Positions 1 through 14,831 of a stretch of DNA of 64,000 nt are shown piece after piece. The stretch comes from Octopus vulgaris (Eukaryota). Within the stretch, counting starts at the first letter, position 1. The number at the start of each line of letters is the position of its first letter. The DNA lies in assembly GCA_951406725.2 (NCBI GenBank), contig OX597815.1, positions 52,576,001 through 52,640,000 on the forward strand, in the 5' to 3' direction. The notes under the pieces are model-generated. The model saw nothing but the letters and a program-made list of their open reading frames with translations, did not search any database and had not been told where the DNA came from. A program made the position numbers and the translations under genes.

Positions 1-228
1 TTTATTTTGTTTCTTGTCTATTAAATTTAATTTGTGATAAAATCGTAAAAAATTGTTACATGGTGGTTTGATAACCACGTGAATATAATTTTATGAGACC
101 TAGGAAGTTCTGGTATGTAATAAACAAATTGGTTTAGGTTTGAACATTATTCTTTTAATTATGTATAACAGCTGTTCAAGTTGGAACTTATATCTGGCTA
201 AGGAAACTTAGTGGTTATTTTCGAATAG

Positions 229-281
229 GGAAGATTGTCCACTCGGTATGGAAGATTATCCACTCGGTATGGAAGATTGTC
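229..281. repeat. 21-bp tandem repeat, ~2.5 copies (GGAAGATTRTCCACTCGGTAT)
   Basis: Directly visible; it produces the DNLPYRV repeat in ORF 198..419. Confidence 0.9.
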
Positions 282-2129
282 AAAGATTGAAAGATATTTG
301 TAAGAAGTGCAACGAGCGTAATGCATTGTATAGGTGTAGTGAAGTATTTTTCCTTCTGAGATTTGTAGTTTCTGTATTTTGTTATTGTTTTGAGCTCTAA
401 GTATACAGAGATTGTTCATATCTGGCGAAATGCCTTGTAGATTAAATGGATCAAGGCATGTGCGATGAAAGTTAAAAAGAGTGAAAAGGTGACAGGGGAT
501 ATCTAGTTACCTTTTCACTGTGGGAGAATGAATATATGTAAAACTATATGATGGCGGGGTGTAGCGTGTGAGAATATCTTCTCTATATTAACGAAAATGC
601 AACCTCTAATCCCTTGGCGGTCATTTAACCTTTTATAAATAATAGTTAAATGTCACTCAAATGATACTCTAGTGCCTTAAGTAAAGAAAGGACTCATTAA
701 ATAATGTAGAATACCTTTGATAAGAGGTTAGTTAGGGTTGACCTTGGATCAAACAACAGCAACTACTTAATCACAGATGTGTTGTTTCTTCTTTCTGACA
801 TGTAAACCACTAGTAGAAAGGCTTCTGTTCCTTTAAATTAACTATCTACTTTTCCTCCTTCACTATAACTCTTACAAAATACCCACATCATTCTTTTTCT
901 TCCTCACTGGAAAATGAATCATCTTCAAAAACCACCTCTATGCATTTTTACTACAATCACAGAACTACAATTCCCTAGAATTCCTTCCCCACCCTGCAGA
1001 TATCAGCTCTATCAACCTAATCAGTCTGGAACGACCTACTAAGATCAAGAACACTGTTCTCCATATTTGAATTATTTGAAGCTAAAACGGAAGAACACAA
1101 AGATAATAGCCAAAAATCTAAAACCAAGCAAAACAGTAACAAATGCCAATCAAAACATCGGCAGTTATGCAGCTTTTTTGTTTTCACAGAACCAATCAGT
1201 AAACCTTAGTAATCCGTGTTTATGGTAGAAGCCACTAACTCCAAATATCTTGCAGTAGTATCGAATCTAGAACCTCGTGATTGCAAAGCGAACTTCCCGT
1301 CAAAAAGAGAAATACTAATCATTATTCTTTTCACAGTTGCAGTATGCTGCTTTTGACATGAATGGACATGAAATGATACATTATTATTTGACATTGATTT
1401 CTAAAATAGTCTAATTATCTAACTGATATCGTAGAAAGATAAATGGTAAAGTCATGGCTGGGATTTGGATTCAGAACATAGAGGAATGCAGTCAAATACC
1501 ACCAGGTAGTTTTATCGAGCGCTCTACCGATTTTTCTACTTCATCACTCTCAATATAAAAATAAATAATAAAATTATTATGAAGACTTTTATGTTTCACA
1601 GCAACTAGACATCTCTTTGTGTGTCAGACTTTTTGTTTACAATAGAATATCGATTTCCTGTTTGTTTCTCGTTTCCAATCTCTTTTACATTATTCAAAGC
1701 AGAGACTTAAGGAAAAGTAATAAAAAAAAAAAAAAAGCCGAAACTGATCTCTGAGAAATCCAGAGAAACGGAATTCAGTCTGTCAAAATTCACTGTTAGA
1801 AAGCTACAAGTCAGTCTATTAGCTTTTATTGTACCTTCCACTACGTTTTGTTAACGAACGATTAGCTTTTAATAGCTAAATAGTCTTCTTAAGTTTACTA
1901 GATAACGTGTCGTAAATAAATGTTTTTAATCCTTAACCCTTACAAAACAAGCAGACTAATCTTCAAGAATCTATGGAGGGAAGAATCGATGCAGCGGCGG
2001 GTAAAATACCATGTGATATTTAGTAATGTACCTCTAATTTTCTGAAGTTAAACCCCACTCAAATTATTTTTGATTTTCATTCTTTCGAAGAATACTTCAC
2101 ACCCGTGAAGTATTGCAGTTTGCTATAAT

Positions 2130-4130
2130 TGACTTTTCCTTGGAATTGTTCCACAGGAAAAAATCATGTCAGCGGTTAGTTGTTCTGATTAAAGGCCACA
2201 CTGCGTATCTGGATATAAGGGATCAGCTATCTTCTGTAATCTAGCCAGATAATTCCGATCAAATACCTTACCAACAATGTTAAAAAAAGGATATTCCCCG
2301 GCAGTTACTTCAGTTACAACCATCATCCTCAATCTTTGTGTCTCATATTTTTCGGTCTCTCGTCTTTCTTCCAGCAGAGATAGAGAAGCACGAGGAACTG
2401 TAACGCGACTGCTACCAAGAATGTTGGTGCCAAACATAGGAAAAAAACTCTTCCATGATTGTCTTAGTGTCACGCTTCTCAAGTACTGGAATTGTTAGAA
2501 AACTGATTAGGGCTTCTTTGGAGATTATATTCTTTGGGAGGTAAAGTTCCAGGTAATGCTTCATCCATCATTCTATCTATTTACTGCAGATTTTGATAAT
2601 AAGGGGCTGTTTTCTCCACGGTTGACCAACAACCTATTTGATGCCGCTATACTTGACCCTAAAATTATTAATACAAGAGGTATAACTCCAACTTATAGAT
2701 GTTAGCATATTTTCTTGTTATTTTCAATAAGCTGAAACCTTGCTGAGTTGCATATTTTCTTATTTAATGATAGCTTGTCTTTTGGTTCATGATGCGGGTT
2801 CTAAAGTTTAAAACTTGCTGCCATATCACTCGACAAGTAATTTTTTTTATTCTCGAAGGCCTCGATGAAAGACCTGTAGATAGTAGAACTAAAATGGTTT
2901 CATCTAGATTCTTCATATGCACAAGCGTCAGCTGGTGGCAATACCACTAACGAAGAGGAACTTTAGGGTGGCTAATGCTTATGCTAGGGTCTCTCTTTGG
3001 CTTGGTACATGGAACATTTTACTTGGCTATACTACATCTTTTCTGATGAAGAGAGAGAGAGAGAGAGAGGGGGGGAGACAGAGAGATAGATAGCTAGATA
3101 TAGACAGAGAAAGAGAGAGAGAGAGCTGCGAACAGTTTAACGACGGTTAAATCTAACAATAGCGAGATCGAGTTGGTGTCACTAATGCGATATTGAATGC
3201 TTCCATGAACTTCTATGCTTGCACTTGTTTGAGAACTAGGTATTTAAAATATAGAGTATTTTGGCGCAACATACTCCCAACAATGTCTGACCGTGGTGAC
3301 CGATGCATATGGGCCTGACATCATGCTCTGAACTGGCGTTGGAGACTTTCGACGAACTAGAGGTCTTCTGATTAAGCTGTCCAATGTGTTCATCGATCTC
3401 ACTGTAAAATTGGTCTTTAATCTCAATTCTGTTGTTAAAAGTTGCAGCATAGACAGTCACATGATTCACAGGGCCGGTGTTGGGAATCAAACGGTGACTT
3501 CCTTCAATAAGAGAAGTAGTTATATTAATAGGAAGAGAAATTTCTTTACTGCAAAACCAACCCCATGTTCTCTTCTGTTATCTTTTCCCTTTTCATTCGT
3601 GAAAATAAATGTAGTGTATCTCTTGTAATAGATAATTCACAAACCTTGCTTCTTAGAATGCAGCAATGTCTATAGTTAATCCTGCGAGTCTTGCATCAAG
3701 TACAACCGTTTTGTGTCTGTCATCACTTAGTTACAAGTTATCTATCGATTATTGCAATGTTCAAACATTCCAGATGGCTATAAGAAATACTAGAAACTTC
3801 TTTCCATTTGTTAGCGGTGCACTGTTTTTCAGTGCACACTCTTCAAACTCTTTGCATTCAAAGGTGCACAAATAGGGATCTGCAGGCGGACTCTAGGGTG
3901 TGGTCGCATACCAGTGACCACGTCACATCTTACTGTTACCCTGTGTTATCACGGGGAGGTATTATCTAGGGCTTGTTTCTGGACGGAATATATATTAGCT
4001 GGGTGGCACTTAACGCATTCAACTCTTACTTTGCTTTTCTGCGATTCAGCGCTGAAAGCGGGTGTTGAGTTGTACGCACCAAGCGACGCTGACACTTAAG
4101 AAATATCACAGCAATCAGGTGACGCACAGA
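2130..4130 (-). mobile_element. Degenerate RTE-clade LINE, 5' portion (5'UTR, APE endonuclease, start of RT)
   Basis: Minus-strand peptides match RTE (BovB-like) ORF motifs. APE domain: LTIDIAAF*EAR...REHGVGFAV and VTVYAAT..IKDQFYSEIDEHI...CIGHHG. RT N-terminus: GKVFDRNYLARLQKIADPLYPDTQCG..TADMIF. Many stops and frameshifts; a (GA)n tract interrupts it at ~3050-3125. Confidence 0.8.
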
Positions 4131-4348
4131 CTAAATATAGAATTAAAATATTTTGAGTTTAGGATAGGAAATATGCAATGGTAGTAAAGAATACGTGATT
4201 ATGTGAACATACTAGAATGTAATATGAAGTTGCCTTGGGAGATTGATTACGGTCACAAGTTACCGTTTGCATGTAATATTTATGTTAAGAGTTGAATGTT
4301 GCTTTAGGTCAAATTATAAACAGTTACACAAGGTCTGTTTTGATAGAG

Positions 4349-4860
<512 letters not shown>

Positions 4861-4869
4861 CTCACATAT

Positions 4870-5125
4870 ACCAGTCTTGGGTAGAGGATTGGTGGATTGA
4901 GCGAGCGTTGGAACATCTTGTGAAACTGTTTACAGTTCTTTGCATTCTGACAGTGTAACCTGCGACGACATTGGTGCCAAAATGCATTCACCTTATCTTT
5001 CCAGTGGCGTGGACAGAGAGGTGACTTCCATCAATGGACAACTTCTAGCCTTGCACACACACAAAAAAGAAAATTCTCCAGGTCTGCATCGTGGTGAGAA
5101 CATTTCTAGGTGTAGATATTCCTCA
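4870..5125 (-). mobile_element. Possible highly decayed Ty3/Gypsy RT/RNaseH-boundary fragment
   Basis: Stitching frames gives EEYLHL/NVLTTMQ...DKVNAF...KQFHKMF/PTLAQSTNPL, resembling the Gypsy pol pattern 'HLRxVL...KVxAI...VNQFxKFIPNLAxxTxPL'. Requires frameshifts. Confidence 0.35.
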
Positions 5126-5239
5126 GACTATTTATAATGTATGACAAATGCCATTAATTTACATACAGAGAAATAAATATATAAATACCCATAAAAAATA
5201 AAATCCATACATATACATAAATGTATACGAACGCAGGCA

Positions 5240-5294
5240 CATATCTAGACATACATACATACACACACACATATACCCCTCGTGTATACATATA

Positions 5295-5352
<58 letters not shown>

Positions 5353-5426
5353 CATATATATACATACACATACATACATACATATATGCATACATACATA
5401 CATACATACATACACACATACATACA

Positions 5427-5460
<34 letters not shown>

Positions 5461-5570
5461 AATATATATATATACATACATGCTCATAATCGCATACATT
5501 CGTAAATGCAAACAATGAAAACATACACATGTGTGTGTATATATATATAGGGAAAATTCACACACACACA
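5240..5570. repeat. (TA)n/(CATA)n microsatellite block
   Basis: Directly visible. Confidence 0.95.
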
Positions 5571-6218
5571 AAAAAAAAGAAACAAAAGACGAAGACAGGT
5601 GGTGTAGACAACAAACAGATGTATTAGTATAACATATAAACTTACTATGAAAAGAATAGAATGGTGCCAAAAATTCCATACAAAGGCGGACACAAATATC
5701 TATAGGCATGTGCCTTCATAAAATAATGCAGAGTCAAATATATTTTATATATAGACATATTGATGAATTTTCACAATAAGAATGATAAAGTTAAATTCAG
5801 CTTTATGACTAATAAATGCCCATCTACCAATAAATTCTTCCTAACTTTTGCTAATTTTCATTAATGAAGAATATTAGATTTAGAAAACCTAATAATTTTT
5901 TGTCGGACGAATTTAAAAGCGAAATTCCAAATGTTAAAAATTCTAACAAAGTCTTCCTAGCATCATATTAACCATAAAGAAAAAAAAAATCTATAAAATC
6001 GATTACAATTAGATATCACAAATATGTTTTCAATTACATAACTAACTCTTAAAAATGTCACAGCTGGAACATTTATATGATATTAACATCTACAGGCAAA
6101 AAAAAAAAAAAAAATCTCTCCGACCGTGAAATCGACGTTAGAACATAATAATTATGATCAGTCTTCTGAATTAAAAATAAATCTGTCAAACCTTCCGTTA
6201 TGCGAATGTTCACCTTTA

Positions 6219-6565
6219 GGCGCATGTCGCAGTGGTTAAGGCGTCTGGCTCACAATCATTAGATAGTGAGTACGATTCTCGGACTGAGTTCTGTTTTGTG
6301 TTATAGAGTAAGACACTTTACTTCATGTTGCTCCAGTTCACTCAGCTGTAGAAATTAGTTGCAACGTCACTGATGCCAAGCTATATCGGCCTTTGCCTTT
6401 CATTTAGATAACATCTGTGGTATGGAGAGTGGGGTGGCTGGTATGCATGGGTGACTGCTGGTCTTCCGTAAACAATCTTTCCCGGACTTGTGCTCGGAGG
6501 GGAACTTTCTAGGTGCAATCCCATGCTTATTGATGACCGAAGGGAGTGGTGTCTTTATCCTTTAT
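6219..6565 (+). mobile_element. tRNA-derived SINE
   Basis: tRNA-like head GGCGCATGTCGCAGTGGTTAAG...GTACGATTC, then a conserved-type body GTAAGACACTTTACTTCATGTTGCTCCAGTTCACTCAGCTGTA also seen at 6755 and 61800. Confidence 0.75.
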
Positions 6566-6754
6566 ACATATACATAGTGTTAAATCGTATTAAAACTTAC
6601 CCCATCTTAATTAGTTCGAAAAAGGGGGTTTGATACATAAAGAGTTAAGTTAGAAATAAAACTTTTATTTAAAGCTTCCTCTAAAGTGATCTGTTTGTCT
6701 GTGGTCAATGAAATAAGAACCAATTTAGTTCTGGAATAGTTTGTCCTTGTGCGA

Positions 6755-7075
6755 AGGCGCATGGTTTAGTTGTTAGGGTGTTCGGATCACGATCGTGAGT
6801 TCGATATCCAGCGGCGCGTTTTCTTTGAGCAAGCCACTTTGTTTCACCTTGTTACAGTCCGCTCAGCTAGCGAAACTTAGTTGTACCTATACTTAAAAGG
6901 GCTTGCCATGTCACATTCTGTGTCACGCTGAATCTCCATGAGAACTATGGTAAGGATACGCGTGTCTGTGGAGTGCTCAGCTACTTGCACGTCATTTTCT
7001 AATTTCATGAGAAGGCTGTTCCATTTGACTCGATCAACTGGAACATCCGTTGTCGTAACCGACGTATTGCCTCTT
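6755..7075 (+). mobile_element. tRNA-derived SINE (central domain resembles Nin/Deu-type SINEs)
   Basis: A-box-like TGGTTTAGTTG and B-box GTTCGATATCC; body homologous to the 6219 copy, followed by a GC-richer central domain. Confidence 0.7.
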
Positions 7076-7699
7076 CGCCCTTGTACGGAAGCACAACTTG
7101 CTCGAAAGAGTAATCAAATCCCCGCCAACCCATATCGCATTGTCTTAGAAATATGCATCACAAATTATGTAATGTTCTGGATACATTAAGCCCAAAGCCA
7201 TTAGAATTTAAACTTTTGTTTGGGTCATGGAGGCACCACTTGCAACGCAAACTTTACTCTGCAGAGCCAAGACGGCGTCTATACGTACATGCAACAAAGT
7301 AGAAATAGCAGTCAAATAGCTATCGACTTGCAGCAAACAGCTTTAAAATGTGAGTACACGTTGAACATTATAATTTTAAATATAAAAAAAAAGCCGGGAT
7401 GCTTACGGCTTAAACCATTTTGTTCAGATCATAGCTGTATTCTCGATCAGAGTCGACTCAGAGTTAATAACTCACTGCCCGTAATCATCATCATCATCAT
7501 CATCATCATCAACAACAACAACAACAACAACAACAACTGTTCTCTTTCTCTTTTGCGTGAGAGCTTATATGCTAGGATCGCGTGTTGTGAGTTTTATGTC
7601 GTTACTCTTTAATATTGGAATCAAAAAGTCGATGGAGAAATCTGGAATCCAGCTACCAATATTATTTTTTTACATTCATCTTTTATCTTTGATCTTTTA

Positions 7700-8090
7700 C
7701 CTTTTACTTGTTTCAGTCATTAGACTGCGATCAAGCTGGGACACCGCCTTGAAAAATTTTTAGTCGAATATATCGGTCCCAGTGCTTATTTTTTAAAGCC
7801 AGATACTTTATTCTATCAGTCACTTTTTCCAAATCGATAAGTTACGAGGTCGTAAACACACCAACACCTGATGTCAAGCGGTAGTGGGGGACAATCATCC
7901 ACACACACACACTCACACACACACACACACATGACAAGCCTCTTTTCGTTTCTGTCCACCAAATCCACTCACAAGGTTTTGGTCGGTCCAAGGCTATAGT
8001 AGAAGGCACTGGTGCAAGATGCCACACAGTGGAACTGAACCCGGAACTATGTGGTTGGGAAGAAATCTTCTTACTACACAGCCACTCCTT
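7700..8090 (-). mobile_element. tRNA-derived SINE family A (cephalopod CORE-like SINE with internal (CA)n)
   Basis: Minus-strand head AGGAGTGGCTGTGTAGTAAG...GGTTCAGTTCC; homologous copies at 52800-53108, 53745-54160 and 63385-63457. Confidence 0.85.
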
Positions 8091-8367
8091 CGCTTACATT
8101 TGCTCACATGTACATTATATCATAAGCTACATATATCAAATATCTTTGCGTACCCTTCACCTAGTTTCCAACAGTGGCAACGTTTATATAAGCAAAAATT
8201 AAATATATCTTGACACTAAAAACCATCTAAAAGCTATCGGTTGCTCGATGATCCACAAATACAGTGAAACCCTTTTGTTAGTATATTCATGTTGAAATAT
8301 ATTACTTCCGTTTCAATTATTATTTAAAATAATGAAACATTAAGTAAAATGATCATGAATGTTAGGC

Positions 8368-8757
8368 AGTGATCGAAAGAATACGATCGCGAATAAAAGC
8401 GGCCGAAATGGGTTCATCCGAAGGATCTCTTGAGCGTAATTCGAAGTCTTTCCAGGTCAAGCTGCTACTTCTCAGCATTGAGAGGTCACAGCTCTGGTAC
8501 TTCGGACATCTAGTTAGAATGTCGCAGGAAATAATCCTAAGATGAATTTTTGAAGCCGAGCCAAGTAACAGGAGACTGAAATGTACACCAAAAACGAGAT
8601 AGTTGGATAATATCCATAGCTTCAGTTGGTCGCACTTTGGAATTCAACTGAAAAGTGTAATGATCGTTGCTTCTCCTATGGTGGAGGTGCTTGAGGGCTC
8701 TCTCACCGTGACCATCCAGGAATAGTTAGCAGAGAAGTTTGATGGATAGATGGATGG
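8368..8757 (+). mobile_element. 5'-truncated RTE LINE 3' end with (GATG)n tail
   Basis: Translates ERIRSRIKAAEMG..LLLSIERSQLWYFGHLVRMSQE...PKTR*LDNI, a typical RTE (Expander/Rex3-like) C-terminus; ends in GATGGATAGATGGATG. Confidence 0.8.
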
Positions 8758-9559
8758 AATTTTGTCATTATTAAGCTAGTGTTTGGAACAAATTAAAATA
8801 AATGTTGATAGAACTTTATGTCATAGAAACAAAGGATGTCTCAAGCAGGCTGGTACCAAATCTTGGAGAAGTTCCTAAGTCTATAGAGAAAAGCTCAATG
8901 GTTCACTTTGTAGGGTTGTTCTATCTATTGGTGACTTCTACTTTAAACTTTTCCGAATGGTTACTCGAGAATCCTGGAAAGAAGTGCATCCATTTAAGGA
9001 TTCTACAGGCGTAAACAAGAAAGGAAACATAGACTAGTGTAACATTAGCATTTGTCATCTACATAAATATGGTTCAATCCGTTGTTTTCTGTGCACATCT
9101 CGTCGTATTTGAGTCTTTATATGGTTTTTCATTAATACATCCATTTTTCAAAACATTACGTGAATTTATGATGAGTTCAAAACCTTATTTAAACCGTGTA
9201 GCTTAAAATAATTTTTAAATTTAAAAAGATGTTATATTTAGTATTTTCTTTATTTTCCTTTCACGTACACACTCTCACACACAAATGCACACAAATACTC
9301 ACATACGATCACACACACAAACACACACACACGCACACACACACTCATATACATATTTGCGCACATTAAGCGTGACACCTGCTATTTAAACCAGGGTATG
9401 CAATTTTAAAAATCAATATTATATAATTGTAGGAGAGTGCATATAACAAGTATACACTCTCTTTACAGCTGTATATCTAAAAAATAATGAATGATTTATA
9501 CTGCAATCTGATGTATCAGATGCCACACAGACACGCACACATATGAATGCATGTGTGTA

Positions 9560-9720
<161 letters not shown>

Positions 9721-10219
9721 GGTGGAAAGATGGGTAGGTGAGTAGGTAGAAAGAGAGATGGGTAATATGTATATGGTTAAATGGGAAGCACTTGAAAATA
9801 AATGGGATGTTTCGGTTTGAAATTATATGCACTGGAAAGTACACTTCGGAACACATGTTTCTGCATTCAATTTATAGTCATAAACACTTCCCATATATAT
9901 ACATACTGTGTGGATATTTTATGTGCATAAAGACGATATAATCAATTTATATACAAGTTTATTAATTTATGTTCATATGTGTGTGAGTGTAAGTCTGTGT
10001 ATATATATATATATATATATATAGTTAATCCAAACATGAAAACACAAAGAGATAATAGATATAATACATGCTATAATATATTTATATGTATATATGTATA
10101 TATTTCTATATATGCATATATATATATATATATATACACATACATATATATATATATGTATGTATATGTGTATACGTACAAACACCTACGCGCACGTGCA
10201 CACAGACACACACACACAT

Positions 10220-10271
<52 letters not shown>

Positions 10272-12354
10272 ACGATTGATCTTTCGTAATTCAGCTTTCG
10301 GCTAATATAAGAACTAGATATGAACTAGTATTTAGTACCTCTTTCAAATCTGCATTTATTTGTTCTAACGAACAATATACATTTATGTAGATAGATGTGT
10401 GTATACATACATACATACATACATACATGAGTATGCTTGTATATATATGAATGTGTGTGTGTGCGTGTAAGTAGTATGTACATGCATGTACGTACATGTA
10501 CGTTAGTGTTTGCGTGCATAAAAGTAAATACACTTTGATATACATATATATTTTGTATTATCTGAGGAAAATAGTTAGTGACGCGTTTTACGAATGATAG
10601 AAATGAATAATGAAAATATGAAGTTTTGTTTTGATGTTTAGTATATGACATTTGACGTCTGTATTGAAGATGAAGGTAGTAGCAAACACCAGCGACAGAC
10701 ATTATCTTACATCTAAACATATCTTTTGAGATGATACGTGATAAAGCTGGCATTTTCATAACATTGAAGGCAAAGTTTCAAGGTTTCAAACAAATGTGGG
10801 AGCTTTATGCGGTCACTCAATCTATAAGAAATAGAAACCAAATCCCTCTCAAATCACAACCCTATGTTTAAAAAGGAAAACGTATATATTTGATGTAGTA
10901 GTCTCAGACCTTTGATTGAAGGCACTCCAGACGGCAGCATCATGTTTCACTTTGACACAATATATTTAAGACTAGATTTTCCTATGGGTTTTTATAACAT
11001 AGTAACGTGTGATTTGAAGTAGATTTGGCGCATAATTTGTTGCCAGTTGAGTGACTGTAGAGGGTGGTAGTGGATATACTTGCAGTTTAGTGGGTGAATT
11101 GTTAGCGAAGAACAAGTGTGGCTGCATCTGTGTTGGGAAAAATTAATGAATCGTTAATTTCACAAATTTACAGGTATGCTCATGATATGCACATGACAGC
11201 AGTAAAAGGGTATTAATTACAATGTTACAATGCATTAATTAACAAGATAATTATATTAGTTTAACAACCTAAATACCAAAGATGTCCAGATTAATGTTCA
11301 ATATCAACTACCCTGGAAAAATGAAAGTTCTCTTAACATTTTCTGACCCCTGTCCTTGGGTAATTTATGTGCTAGTGATATCGGCCAAAACTATCAAACC
11401 ACATAACCAGCTTTGAGAATTTCATACCTTCGACATCTATGAAAAGTTACATTTAATTATTCAGCTCATACAAGTGCTTGATCATGCACTTTTTGTGTGG
11501 CCAGCTGACATTAACACTATGGTGTAATAATTCACATTTCATATCGAGGTCCGTCAAAATTTCTTTATGGTAGATCTGAACCTGTTACGAAAAATAATTT
11601 GTAATGGGTGCAGAATCAGTTGTGTGCCGAAAGTATTTTGGCGCTCCTCTTACAATTTGAATTAAAGACCTTACCTCCTCACCCGGTCATCCTTTCATCA
11701 TTTAGGGGTCTATAAAAAATATTTTCTTCCTTTCGGGGTCTATTAAAAATCATTTATCAAGCCATAACATTGTGGGTTAGTTAGAATTTACTATTTCTAT
11801 TATCACGATGTTATGGTATGGCAGAATTGGTTTAGTGTCACACAAATGTATTTGCTGTATTTCATTAGGTACCTTTTCAATGTTCAGAGTTTAAGTACTG
11901 CTCGAGTCAATAGTGTTTTCATCTTTCTGAGAAGACAATTTCAGTTACTGTTAGAAATAACAAACCTAATGTTTCGGGGCCATGCTGTTAATTTGAGAGC
12001 AAGAGAAAGAATGTAAAGTGTTATCACTTGTGTTGTGAACAGGCCAGAAAATGTGTATCTGTCCAGTTTTGGGAGATTATGCAGTCGACTGTCTACTTTC
12101 ACTTGCAAAGTATCTGTGGTTTAGTGATAATGAAAGAAATCTAAAATAAAAATAAAATTTGCTAGACCTTTAGGAAATGTCTCCGTTTATCAGAATATTG
12201 TTATTAAAGTAATATATTTCTTTCCCATCTTATGTTTTCTCAAAGTAGTATGATTTATTTTCTCCATTAAGATTTTTCTGCCTTAGACTTAATCGTCGAT
12301 AATTTTGTAATACATTCTGAGAATCAAATAAAATAGCTACCTAATTATTTCTTC

Positions 12355-12576
<222 letters not shown>

Positions 12577-12934
12577 ACCTACCTACCTGTCTATCTATTT
12601 ATCTGACTGTCTGTGATAATCACCACATTTTCTTGATTCACTTTTATTCCAAATCGTTTTTACGTTGGAGCATTGGCAATTATTACTATATGTTACTCAA
12701 GCTCCACAGACGAGGTAAATGTCTTTTCAGTATAAAATTAGTAAGCTAGAGTCTCTTCAAAATCAATAATTAACATTTTTATACCCCCACTCAAAAAAGA
12801 TAATGATGACACGTATCAATGATACACAAACTGATAAAATGTTTATTGTGGTAATTTATGAAGTACATACAAGCAAGTATATTTACCAGCCTCACACACA
12901 CACACACGCACACACACACGCACGCACGCACGCA

Positions 12935-12995
<61 letters not shown>

Positions 12996-13357
12996 CCAAC
13001 CATTCTCCATTGAAGCACAAAGCTTCGTTCCCTCTATAAATACGATCGGATCTACTGTTAATGAAGTTTGCTGATGATAAGAAGTGATAATCATGAATTC
13101 GACGTATCCCGCTTTGTATGCGAACTGTCTCTCAGTATAATAACCTAATACACAAAAATCCAATTGTAGATTGAAATATATTGTTCTTGTTTTACTTCAG
13201 AAAGTGAAGAATAAAGTTAATTCTATTAACATTTTGGTGAAATTTTTCAAGTAGATGATTTGCTGCATATTGCTGGTTCTATAAAAGTTTGACTTACAAT
13301 TTTTGACTTACAATTTCAGGTCCCATATTTAGAAACAGCAACAACGACAACGACATT

Positions 13358-13570
13358 AATAATCCTTTGTACTATAGTTACAAAGCCTGAGATTTTAGAG
13401 AAGGGGCCAGTCGATTACATCGACTCCGATGCTAAACTGCGTTTTATTTCATCGACCCGAAACGATGAAAGTTGAAGTTGACTCCGGCGAAATTTGAAAT
13501 CAGTTCGTTAAAGCGAAAGAAATGCCACTAGACATTTTGTCCGGTATACTATTTTGCCAGCTTGCCACCC
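13358..13570 (-). mobile_element. tRNA-derived SINE family B, degenerate
   Basis: Contains the family-B core ATCGACCCGAAA..ATGAAAG..AAGTTGACTCCGGCGAAATTTGAA that recurs throughout the window. Confidence 0.75.
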
Positions 13571-13571
13571 T

Positions 13572-13635
<64 letters not shown>

Positions 13636-13653
13636 GTAGTAGTAGTAGTAGTA

Positions 13654-13744
<91 letters not shown>

Positions 13745-13748
13745 TAAT

Positions 13749-13916
13749 AGAAAATTCTAACTGGGCCCCACCTGCAAGGTCATGTGATGTTTATCTTGAT
13801 ATGAGAATACCATGTCGCTCAGACATGGTTGTGATGCATGTAGTCACGATGGGTATACTGGGCTTCGTATATGTTACCCCAGTGTCACTTTGATGGCATG
13901 CACTGCTCTCTCACTC
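13749..13916 (+). mobile_element. 3' part of the 556-bp (TAA)n-associated companion element, with a small internal deletion
   Basis: Near-identical to 29409-29602 and 33439-33632; flanked by (TAA)n. Confidence 0.85.
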
Positions 13917-13927
13917 AATAATAATAA

Positions 13928-14072
13928 TTCTCTAAAACAACACTATGTACAAAACCAAATATATGGCATCCTAGGCATAACACCAGCATGAACTTCTAGC
14001 CTGTTGTCTCATGAAGTCTCTGGGTGAGACTTGGAGCCAACTTGTACAAATGCAAAGCAAAAGTCAAACATA
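13928..14072 (+). mobile_element. 3'UTR of Dong/R4-like element (subfamily 1)
   Basis: Matches the reverse complement of 20339-20440 and matches 30260-30385; ends ...GCAAAAGTCAAACAT followed by (AAT)n. Confidence 0.85.
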
Positions 14073-14073
14073 A

Positions 14074-14111
<38 letters not shown>

Positions 14112-14143
14112 TAATAATAATAATAATTATAATAATAATAATA

Positions 14144-14212
<69 letters not shown>

Positions 14213-14613
14213 TAATAATGAATAGAATTTATCTGTTGGGTATTGTTTGCGTCTGCGCACTGGTCTGAAAAGTTAGGGTATACAGATCGTTAGATTTGCA
14301 CGTGCTTCTAACGGTATGTACAGCTCGGATTACAAAGGCTTCCTGCTGACGATTCTGGCCTTGGCAGATAAATTATATTCATTTGCTAAAAAAAAGATGA
14401 AACTGCAGTACAGGATTAGCTGAGATGGTAAACGTTTTTGATTTTCATTCCATTTCATGAATTTATCCCCCTTTTGTGTATCAAGCACTCGCTTCTTTAT
14501 TTGGAAGCCTTTTAATGTATTTATATATGAATAACGTGTAGTCTAATGACTAATTCGTCTTTTGTGCTAGGTCACTGGTAATAATAATTTATTTTTATTA
14601 CCCTATTTACTAT

Positions 14614-14647
<34 letters not shown>

Positions 14648-14831
14648 TATATGGTTCAACTGTTTGTATGTATATATATATATGCATACATACACCCCCA
14701 CACACATATACTCACACATATATAATCACTTAAATCAATTTAATATAAGTTTAAAATTACAATTTTATATTCAAAATTCACACAACCTTTGTATTTAAAC
14801 TTTTATATAACATTTTCCTTTTAACTTTTAT

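Noticed and set aside
229-281. CRISPR-like or protein-repeat gene in ORF 198..419
   Set aside because: Adjacent 21-bp units have no spacers and the context is eukaryotic. The surrounding sequence may be a decayed retroelement, but I cannot support a call.
4870-5110. Minus-strand Cys/His-rich frame with a single in-frame TGA (possible selenoprotein exon)
   Set aside because: No SECIS-like element is seen, there is no resemblance to a known selenoprotein motif, and the region is better explained as a frameshifted Gypsy relic.
6219-6290. tRNA gene candidates at SINE heads (also 6755, 45334, 36953)
   Set aside because: No complete cloverleaf or acceptor stem; they continue into SINE or PLE sequence.
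14347-14385. CTGACGA-TTCTG..CAGA-TAAA
   Set aside because: The GAAA core and stems I/III are missing; likely chance.
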